A DNA stretch of 64,000 bases, taken from assembly GCA_004431415.1 (NCBI GenBank), contig QPMI01000408.1, positions 620,001 to 684,000 of the forward strand. The letters run 5' to 3'. Positions 49,209 to 64,000 of the stretch are shown here, one piece after another (positions within the stretch are counted from its first letter, which is position 1; each line of letters starts with the position of its first letter). The DNA comes from Cyanophora paradoxa CCMP329 (lineage: Eukaryota; Plantae; Glaucophyta). The translations under genes were made by a program, and so were the position numbers. A model generated the notes under the pieces. The model ran no database searches and was not told the origin of the DNA. It saw nothing but the letters and a program-made list of their open reading frames with translations.

Positions 49209-50727
49209 ATGCATATGCGCGTATTGCACGCAACGCTGCAGCTGATAGTTGCGGCTGCGGCCATTGGACTCGCGTCTGCGGCTGAACCGTGTGCTGAGCT
49301 GCGCCCCACCGACCAGCGATTTAAGGCATGCGCAAGCCCCCGGATTGCTCGTTTCTTCTCCCTTCCCGTACAGCGACACGCGCGTGACGGTGTACGCGTG
49401 CGCGAGCAGATGGCTTTGACGCTCGCAGGGGCGGAGATCGGCAGCCTCAGCTGGACCACCTCTCAAAGCATTACAGCCGAACTCTGGGTTCGTTGCTCCA
49501 GCTCGGGCTCCGTCCCGTTACATATGCAGGCCCAAGCTTAAGCTTGGTGGCTGACGCGTACTTCCGCCGCGCAGGGAAAGTTAAACGGTTTTCCCCCTTC
49601 CGGGGACGTGTCAGAGGCTTTCGCCTTCGCGAATGATCTCGGTTCCGTGTCGTCACCGCTCTGTAGTGGTCCGCGTGAATTTGCACTGGTTGGAGCAGCC
49701 CCTTAAATTCGCTTAAATTCGAATGTTGCTCGCAGTGGTTGGAGCAACCCCAACCCCCACCACCCCGGAGTTTTACTGTTTGATCCCCACCAGTCCAACT
49801 TCAACCAGTAGCATATATGCTGACAACCCGTCTGCTTTCTCTTCCTCCATGGTTCGCCCTTCAGCCTTTTTTATGTCTCAGAACGTGCATGCAAAAGTGC
49901 ACGCACAGTTGAGCTACTGGACACACTACGCGTTTGTCCTCGATAACGATGCGGGGTACGCTCGTATCACCATCTACCTGAACGGCTCCCGCTTTGGCGC
50001 TGCGACGGCGGCGGCTATGCTGCCCGCTTCTCCTATCATCGCCCAGCCAAGAATCGCAATCCAGCTCGAGCCGGGCTCCGTCAGCCAGGGGGGCTTCCTG
50101 TCCATGCGGGAGGTTCGCACCACATGGCCGCCTCACGGCGCCTCCACCGTTCCACACTCAGCGAACGCCCCCGCCCCCGCCCCCCGCCCACCTCCCCTCC
50201 CCCCCCCCGCCCCCCGCCCCCCCCCTAGAGGCCTCCCCCCCCCGCCCCCTCCCCTCTTCTCCCCCACTTTCTTCCCCCCCCCCGCTTACCCCCCTTCCCC
50301 CCTTTTCACCCCCGGGCAGGTTCGCTACTGGAGCCGCGCGCTCACCCTGAGCGAAATTTTCGACCACTGGTCCCGGCGGGTCATCTACCAAGGCGAGCAG
50401 TACCCCTCCAATCCATCTCTTCTCGTCAACGGTACATTTACATCCCCTTCTCAACTTGCTGCTGTTTCTGCTGACGCTCTGCTGCCCCCGCCAGTGCCAC
50501 TCACGCTTGGCGATCTCCCGATTGGCGTGCCCGTGTACCCGTCTAACTTCACCAATGACGTGACGGGTACATCGTTCACCGATGTGGGCGGCGGCGCGTC
50601 GGCAGTCTTCATCAATCAGTCGCCCCTGGAGGCTTTTCTGTGCAACCCGCCAGCTTTTCTGGAGATTCGTGGGGGCGCCTCTGTCCTCATCGACGGCGGC
50701 CACATCTGCATCGGCAGCACCTGCTGA
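49209..50727 (+). CDS. Secreted LamG/concanavalin-like domain protein
   Basis: Signal-peptide-like LQLIVAAAAIGLASA; ITAELWV; WTHYAFVLD..ITIYLNG..MRE/VRYWSRALTLSEI. Confidence 0.65.
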
Positions 50728-51016
50728 TGCGCGCGCGCCCCACTCCCAGCCGGCGCCGGCGCCTCATCTCGTACCACGATACCCCGTATACGTATACGTT
50801 AAGGACCAGCTACCGGCCCCATCCCGGGCCGGGACCTCGGGGCCCCCGCGCCCTCATCTTGGCAACGATGAGCTGGCCATGGCCTGCCCCTGTTTACGTT
50901 GCCCGAGCAAGGATGTGCAAGCAGTTCGATTTCTATTTACAGAAACGTTGATGTGTGCACGTGTGCGCCGCTTCTAATATTATGACGTGTCAAGTCATCG
51001 ATGTTCATCGCGAGTA

Positions 51017-51809
51017 CTATAGCACGGTCGCATGCTCACTGAACAATGCAGTTCTAGTCACCGGGGTGAAGTGAATCTCGGCGCCTGCGCTTACGCATGT
51101 ACGGGCGCAAGAAGTCAGACCGGCGGCCGCGGCAGACTGCAACGCAGATGCGCACGCCGCAGCCGGGCCCCGCAGCCGCAGCCAAATCACCCCGTGAAGT
51201 GGATCTCGGCACCTGCGCAAGCGCGCGACATCAGAGCACTGCGGCAGCTGCACTCGCGCGCGCACTGCGGCCCGCGAAGCAGGGCAACGAAAGCGCTAGC
51301 GTACCAAGGAACTGGCAGGCGGCGCGCTTGACGATGGTGCCGACGACCGAGTCGCCGGCCGGCTCCTCACGGATGGGACCGATCGGGTCGGCTTGGATCG
51401 TGTTGCCGGCGGCGTCCTTCCAGTGGCGCTGCGGCTGGACGATAGCGAGCAGACGAAGGCCGTGGTTGCTGTGCCGGAGCACAAACTCCACATCCTCGTA
51501 CGATACCTGCACGGCCGGCCAGGGCGTCAGCGGGAGCGCTAGCGAACGCACAAGACCGTGAGGCGAGGAGCGGCGCGGCGAACCGAATTCACAGGCGAGG
51601 CCATCGTCCGAGTTTACCGGCCCTCCAATTCCTTCGAGCGGGGAGCTTGTGCGCGGGGAGGCGCGCCTGGCAGGGAGCTTGAGGCGACAAGATTGAGGCG
51701 GAGCGCATTTTTGAAGCCGAGCCGGGTTGGACAGTTGACGAGGTTGAATGACTTCAAAGGACGCGCGATCAAGCCACTTGACTCGAGGAGGGTACTGGTG
51801 CAATGACAC
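51017..51809 (-). CDS. Hypothetical protein with duplicated terminal exon
   Basis: Exon VSYEDVEFVLRHSNHGLRLLAIV..KRAACQFL with clear splice sites. True start not identified. Confidence 0.45.
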
Positions 51810-51964
51810 GCAGCCGCGTACCCCTCAGTTCGACTCGCTTCTCGTCCCAGGCGTGCCTTGGCCGCTTCCCGGGAACGGCAGCGGCCTATTTTAGTCGGTA
51901 GCTATCGGCTCGTTGAGTCTGGGACGCCGCACACGCCTGCACGTGCACGCAAGCAGTCCAGCGC

Positions 51965-53016
51965 ATGATGGACTTCTTGGTCTCCGCTTTACACGCGCAG
52001 CTGCAACCGGCCCTTCCGCTTGCCGTACAGATTGGCGGCGCACATCCGCCGGCGCCGCCGAGCGCATTTCGTGCACCCGGCGGCTATAGCTATGGGGCGG
52101 CCGGAAGGAGCGCGCCTGCGCTCGGAGCGTTCGGGAGATGGGCCTTCTTCTCTCAGCAGGCCCGCCCGGTCATCGGCCCGGCGCCGAGCGTCGTCCCGCC
52201 AGCAGCGGCAAGCGACGACGGGCGGCTACGCCTCTGCAGGAATTGCCAGGGCAAGCTCTGCGTCGCCTGCAAAGTGGTGCGACTATGAGACCGCCCATGC
52301 CGCAGTGCGCCGCTCAAATAGAAAGGACCGAAGTGACCCGGCTGGCGCGCGCGCAGTGCTCCGGCCGGGGCACGCTCGCCAAGGGAGGCTTCCACTCCCG
52401 CCGCAACCCCATCCGGGAGGACCGCCTCGTAGGTGCACACGCGCCCGACTCGCAGTATCGCTTCAGCTCAAGTGGGCCCGCGCAGACTCGAAGTGGACGA
52501 GCGCGAAGCCGGTCGTTGGCTGGCGGCACTTCCGCGTCCTCGAGACGATGCGCGAGCGGCGGGAGGAGGGTGGCAAGCCGTCCCTCCGCGCGCGGCTCCA
52601 AGCCACCTGCGCCCCGGACACCACCGTCTGGATCGACGCTGAGGTCGGCGTACCCCCTCCTATGGCGCGCTACCCCCCGCCCCCTTCTGACGGGAGCGGC
52701 GCCGATGCAGGAGCTCAAGAGCCGCGACGCATGGATCGCGGGCTGGATCACGAAGGAGGCGCGCGCATACCTCCCTTGCAACCCCGCACCCCCCTTCCGA
52801 CCCTGTACCCCGGCTCACCCTCCCGCAGGAGCTGACGGAGCGGGCGGCGCGGGCCGCGACGACGTGTCCATCGTGCCGCGGCCGCACCGTTGTACCCTGC
52901 CCCAGGCGAGCCCCTGCCCCGCCCCCACCCCGTCTTGCCCCGCTCCGCTCCGCCCCTCCCCAGGCCCAGGCTTGACCGCTCCTGCGCGCAGGTGTAAGGG
53001 CGCTGGCGTGCAGTAG
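51965..53016 (+). CDS. TIGR02450/DUF2389-like Trp-rich domain flanked by DnaJ-type CxxCxGxG zinc-finger repeats, probably plastid-targeted
   Basis: SKWTSAKPVVGWRHFRV..ELKSRDAWIAGW; CRNCQG..ACK/CSGRG before and CPSCRG..CP/RCKGAG after. N-terminal extension MMDFLVS. Confidence 0.7.
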
Positions 53017-53527
53017 CGACCGAACCACGACCCGTCACGCTTCCTCCGATCCGAGGCTCGTTCCGCTGTCAGTGTCCTCCCGGCCCGGCCCAGCCCCGCC
53101 GCCGCCGCCCCGCCTCCTCGCCCGCCGCTTCCCCTCCCTCCAGCCCCATTCCTGCTGCCTCCTGGGCGCTCTTCCCGCCAGCCCCGCTCGCTCTTCCTTG
53201 GGCGGGGGTCTCTCAGGCCTCCCCCGCCGCGCCCAACGCGCCGCGCTGTTCAGGCTTCGAAACCCCGCTCGTGCCGCACGTCTCCCTCCACCCGTCCTTC
53301 CATCCACCCACTCTCTCCCGCCCAGCTCCAGCTCTCAGTCTGCCCCGACGCTAATCTGATCCCGCCCACCCGACCTGTCCGTGGCTTCCGCCGCAATCGC
53401 TTGCATGGATGAAACTCGAAAGAGAGCGCTCGGCGCGCGGGGGAGGGTGTTACGTTACAGGGAGCGAGTTCGAAGAGAGAAGAGGGGAGGAGGCGGGAAA
53501 GAGAGAGAGGAAGGAGGAGGGGGCGGG

Positions 53528-55903
53528 CTAGGGGTCGGTGCGGAGGCGCTTGGAGATCTGGGTGCGGAAGTCGGAGCAGAGGCCGGCGGCCGTCTCCGAG
53601 ATCCGCCTCAGGCGGTACCCGTCCACCCGCTGGGCCTCCGCGTGGAGCCGGTCGGAAAGGGCCTTCAGGTCCTCCGCCGAGAGGGCGCTGTCGGCGTGGG
53701 AAGGTGAGAAGAGCTGTGATGAAGCGCAGACAGAGAGAAAGCGTAGAGGGCCTACCTGACGTGCGCCTCGGAGAGCTGGACGGCGGTGGCGAGCTGGCCC
53801 TGGAGCTCGCGCGCCCTCTGCTCGGCGGCCAGCGCGCGCCGCTCGAAGCCGGCGAGGCCCTCCCGCAGCCGCGTCGCGTCCGCCTCCGCCCGCTCGGCAC
53901 TGCCCGTCAGCGCGCGCAGCTGCGAGAGCGTCTGCTGGAGGCTCTCCGCCGTCTTCTGCACGTTCCACGTCGCGACCTGGAGCTCCTAGGAGGAGCACGA
54001 GGCGGAGCTTAGAAGCGCTTAGATGGGAGGAGGGAAGGCACGCACCTCTAACTGGGAGTCGTCCGCGGATTTCGGTGCGCGGCCGAAGAAGGAGGAGGAG
54101 GGCGCGGGGAGCGGCGGGGCGGCGGGGAGGGGCTGGATGGGCTCAGGGAACGGCGCCGAGGCGAAAGGGACCGCGGCTCGCGCCGCCGCGGGGGCCGGGG
54201 CCGGGGCGGAGACGGGGGTGGGGGCGAGGGAAAGGGCGAGGGCGGGGCGGGGCCGGAGGCGGGGCGGGGCGGGGCGGGCGGGGCCAGGGCGCGCAAGGGA
54301 CGAGTCGCCGCCGCCGGGGCCGGGGCGGAAGCGAAGCCGGAGGGCACGACGATGGCGGGCGGCAGGCCGGGCGCGGCGGCGGGGGCGCCCCCGCCGACGG
54401 ACCAGACGCGGACCGTGCGGTCCCTGGAGCAGGTAACGATCCTGCCCCCGTCCTGCGCGCGCCGCCCGAGGCGCAGTCAGGCAAAAGAGAGCGAGCGATC
54501 CAATCCGGCCGGGCGCAGGGGGGGCGGGGAGGGGCAGCGGACCGCGGAGATGGCGACCGAGTAGGCTATACCCCCGTGTCCGCAGAGCTGCCGGATCAAA
54601 TTCCCCGCCGGGCTCCAGAGCCGCACGGCCCCGTCGTCGCTGACGGACGCGATGAGAGTCCCGTCCTGGCAAGCAGCGATCAGAAATCCGGAGCGACCCC
54701 GGATCAAATCCAGTGCGATCCGACCCGCCCACCTTAAATTTGAGTTTTCTAATGCCCCGGATCTAATGAGATTTGATCCCACCCACCCACCTTGGAGTAG
54801 GCGACGCCGTTGACTTCGCCGGCGGAGGCGTTGATGCAGCGGAGGAGCGCCCCCGTCCTCGTCTCCCACACCCGCACCGTCTTGTCGTACGAGCCGGAGA
54901 CCAGCCTGGACCCGTCCTGGAAGGCAAGACGCTCAGAGTTTGTTCGATCGGAAGGTGCGGGGCGGGGCGGGGCGGGGCGGGGCGGACCGGGGAGAAGGCG
55001 AGGGAGCTGACGGTACCCGTGTGCCCGCAGATGTCGAGGGGCGGCGCGTGCCCCCCCAGCCGTATGTCGCTCACAACGACCTTGTTCTCGTACGCCCCGG
55101 CCGCATAGAACCCGTTCTAGGGCGGGCCGGGTCAGGTGGGGGGTGGGGGTGGGGGGGGGGAAGGGAGGGGGGAAGGGGGCCGCGGGGGTACAGGGCGCAC
55201 GGGCGAGCAAGCGACGGCGAGCACGGGCTCGTCCCCGCACTCCCACAGGTCGACGGGGTCCGTGTCGGCGGCCCCGGGCGACCAGAGCGAGGCGCAGCCG
55301 TCCCCGTTGCCGATGACGACGATGGCCGCGTCCTAGGGGCGCGCTGAGCTGTGGTGGGAAGGCCGCGGGAAGGGGCGAGGGATTATCCAAAGCTCAGCAC
55401 CGGCGAGAAATCGGCGGCGTAGACGCTGCTCTCGAGCCGGAGGAGCTGGAGCCGGCTCATCGAGTGCGCGTCCCAGATCGACACGCGCTTCCCCCCCGAC
55501 GACACGATGCGCGATCCATCCGAAGAGAAGCGCACGTTGACGACGCGCTTGCCCACGAGCGCGCGGTCCCAGCAGCGCAGCTCCCGCGCGTCGGGGGCCG
55601 ACCAGAGGCGGATCGTGCCGTCGGCGGAGGCCGACACGACGAGCCGCCCATCCTACAGCGTCAGGAACATGTGCATTAGATGAAAGAGGCCGCTGGAGGC
55701 ATCTGGAGCTAGCTGTAGCTTGGCGCCTGCTGTTCCGCTCTCGGTGCGAGGCTCGCTGTCCTAGACCCTCGCGGCGCGCTGAGACGCCGCCCTCGCCGCA
55801 AGCGCACCTTGGCGATGTCGACTCCCGTTACGTCGTCCGTGTGTCCTGTCAGAACGACGCTGCTCGGCTCGGCCGCCGCCCATCTTTGAGCGGCGGTGGC
55901 CAT
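53528..55903 (-). CDS. WD40-repeat protein with C-terminal coiled coil (no RING)
   Basis: LTGHTDDV, SASADGTIRLW, GHTGTVSSLAFSP/DGSRLVSGSYDKTVRVWE. Tail LQGQLATAVQLSEAHV..LSAEDLKALSDRLHAEAQRVD. Confidence 0.85.
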
Positions 55904-56273
55904 CGCTCCCGCGCGTCCCTCACTGATACGGCTGGCTACGATCTACCGTCCGCGCTCGCGGCTAACGCTCAGCGGCTCGGGGCTCAAAGCCCAGTCATCG
56001 CGGTCCAACGCTGGAGCTCGCAGCGCGCCTTGCAGGGACTAAGCCCAACGGGACTGCAATGCCGTACATGCGCTGATGAGCCTCAGCTGTGACTGTGGCC
56101 TGCCTTTGGTCGCGTACCCCTTGCACTTCCCGCGGACCCGCGAATCCCGCCAGGACCGCCTCCCAGCTAGGACATCGACAGGTCATGTCTGCAGAGGGAC
56201 CATTCGCGCTCAGTTAAGAGTGTAGCTGGCAGCGCTAGCGCTGCAAGCGGCAGCGCTGGCAAGTCCGGCTGCA

Positions 56274-58472
56274 ATGGAGCACTGGATGACCGCACAGCCA
56301 CGGCGCGTAGTGCTAAAAGGGCATAAAGACGCTGTGAACGATGCCCGCTTCTCCCCGGTACGTCGCGCGGCGCCGCCAACTCGCGCCCTGCAGCTGGTGA
56401 TGGGGCGCCGCGGCCGGCTCTGCAGGACGACATACACATCACATCCGCATCTCGCGACGGCTCCATCCGGCTTTGGCCGGTACCAGTGTCGTCGCGGGTC
56501 GCCGAACTGTCGGAATCGCACTGCTGGCCGTCTGCGCATCAGGGGCAGGCTGTCTATGCTGTTCGTTTCTCAAAGGACAGCTCGCGGATCGTGTCAGGCG
56601 GCGGCGACTGCCACGTACGAGTATGGGACTTGAAATCCAAGAAGCAGCTCATGGAGCTCAAGTGCGACGGGCAGATTCTCGTTGTCGCTGTACATCAGGC
56701 ACCTCAGCTCGGCGAGGTCTTTGCGTCTGGCGACCTTGGTGGAAAGATTTCGGTTTGGATCTCGCGCAGTTCAACAGGCCCGCCAACCTTACGGTGGAAA
56801 TCCGCCGCGCACACAAGCCGTGTCCGCTGTATCGCATTCTCCCCAGTGCGCTCGGCCCAGCGGTGAATGCCGCTTCCTCTGAATAAATATTTATTTCTTT
56901 TGTGCACTCTGCAGGACGGCCTCCGGCTGGCTTCCGGGTCCTGGGATGAAACTGCTAAGATCTGGGACGTGCTCTCTGGTGCGGAGCTTGCCAGCATGCG
57001 GCACGGGGGCGCAGTCAACGGTCTGGCATTCGTTTCCGTGCGTGCTGATCTTTTTTCAAATCTCAATGTTCCGAAGTTCGCCCTTTTTCTTACTGGTATC
57101 CGGATCCATCAACATTCAGAATGGCGCCCAGTTATTCACTGCCTCCGCTTGTGACGACGATCGCGAGGCACCAGCCTTATACTTATGGGATGCAAATACG
57201 GGTGCCTGTGTTCGCAAATTCGGTGCATTCGGTGCAGGCGATAGCGCCATGCTGTCCTTGGCGTTTTCCGAGGTGCCTTGGCAATATTAATATTGCTGAG
57301 GTTTGCCAAATTGCTGTAATATTAATTAATGACATTTTCGATGCCAGAATGCGTACGGCTCATTTGCGGCTTTTTCGAGCTCATCGAAGCAAGTGCGGCT
57401 ATGCGCCTGGGATGCGGACTCGTCGGGTCTTCTCCGGATCCGGTCTGAGCTTCATTTAGAAGGGCACGAAGACGAAGTACGTTCTGTTGCCTTCTCTGCG
57501 GTTCGTGAATGATCGTTCAATATTTATGAAGATACATTATCTCACAAGTCTGACGATTGCGAGTTGCGGTTTTTAATGCACAGGATGACAAACGCATTGT
57601 CTGTGCGTGTGATGATAACAAAATTTTGATCTGGACACAGAGAGATCCGCTTACGGATCCGGAAGTACAGCTTGGGCAATCGCAATTCGAGGTGCAAACG
57701 CCCCATACTTCTTATTTGCGTGTCTCCGGATCCGCCTTCGATTTTTGAACTTTTAAAACAGCAACTACAAGCGGCAATGAAGCAAGCCGCGCTCCTTGCA
57801 GCAAGCTCTGGCAAGGAGTACAAGCAACTGCAGAAGCAGGCAGCGCAAGCTGAGCAATGGAAGGGAGCGGCAGCGAGATTGAAAGAGGAATTGTCTGCAA
57901 GCAAGAAGATGCAACAAGCGGCAGAGCAGCTGGCAGCCTCAGCCGAGCAACGGGCAGCTTCGGCCGAGAGGCGCGCAACTACAGCGGAGAAGCGGGCCAC
58001 CCAAGCTAAGCTCGCAGAGGAATCCACGGTAGTTGAGCTCAAGGCCACACACGCAGAGGCGGCTCGGCTCAAGCGTAGGCTCGAGATGGCAGAGCAGTCC
58101 GCGCAGCTGCTTCAGGGCCAGCTGGAGACAGCCGTCCAGCTCTCCGACGCGCACCTCCAAACGCTCTCTGCTGCACAGCTGAAGGAGCTCGCCGATCGCC
58201 TCCACCGCGAGGCCCGGCGTGTCGACGAGACGCACGTCGAGAAAAAGTGCAAGGAGGCAGCGGAGGCGGCGCGGCGCGCGGCAGCAGCGGAGGTAGAGGA
58301 CGCGAAGACCTGCATCGTGTGCTCGGAGCGATCCGTGGAAATCACTCTGCAGCCGTGCGGGCACTCGACCCTCTGCGAGCAGTGCGCCCTTCTTCTCTGG
58401 AACAGTTCGCGGCAGTGCCCCGTCGATCGCATCGCTTTCACCGAGTACAAGCGGATTCGGCTGCCTTATTGA
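56274..58472 (+). CDS. WD40-repeat + coiled coil + C-terminal RING (C3HC4-like) putative E3 ligase
   Basis: LKGHKDAVNDARFSP, SGSWDETAKIWD, LQGQLETAVQLSDAHL..LKELADRLHREARRVD, CIVCSERSVEITLQPCGHSTLCEQC..CPVDR. Confidence 0.88.
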
Positions 58473-58687
58473 TTCGAATTCTTTTTCTCTCTTCAGCTTT
58501 GAATTTAATTATCGCTTTAGCTCGAGATCTCTTCCCGTACGTGCATTGTGCGCATGCGTGCACATGTACTGCTCATCATGATCATGCGTATGAGACCCCG
58601 CCAGGCAGTACTAGTACAAGTTATCCTGACTTGGAAATGAAAGCCTTGAACTTCGATGCCTTTTTAAGAAATTCAAATTCGAATTCG

Positions 58688-64000
<5,313 letters not shown>

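Overview
This window is eukaryotic nuclear DNA: GC-rich, gene-dense, with many short (about 50-60 nt) spliceosomal introns, so most six-frame ORFs are exon fragments or antisense shadows. A nuclear RbcX, an apparently cytosolic alpha-glucan phosphorylase, an OLE1-type desaturase and a flagellar-type NDK suggest a flagellated alga with form IB Rubisco. A glaucophyte such as Cyanophora is plausible, but this is inference. About 22 spliced genes can be reconstructed, mostly as tight head-to-head pairs. Standout observations: (1) a predicted single polypeptide joining a DesA/FAD6-type omega-6 (delta-12) desaturase, an OLE1-type delta-9 desaturase and cytochrome b5, linked by a 52-nt intron whose retention would release a delta-12-only protein; (2) an NDK-Dpy30-AK-AK nucleotide kinase fusion; (3) intergenic DNA built from chains of overlapping short palindromes, with a duplicated element showing palindromic insertions; (4) strong GGGGTAC enrichment and frequent GC-AG introns; (5) a head-to-head pair of WD40/coiled-coil paralogs, one with and one without a RING; (6) catalytic-site variants (Cys-less PrxQ, CorA with SQN in place of GMN). 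Gene spans include introns and were spliced by eye; several start codons are approximate.
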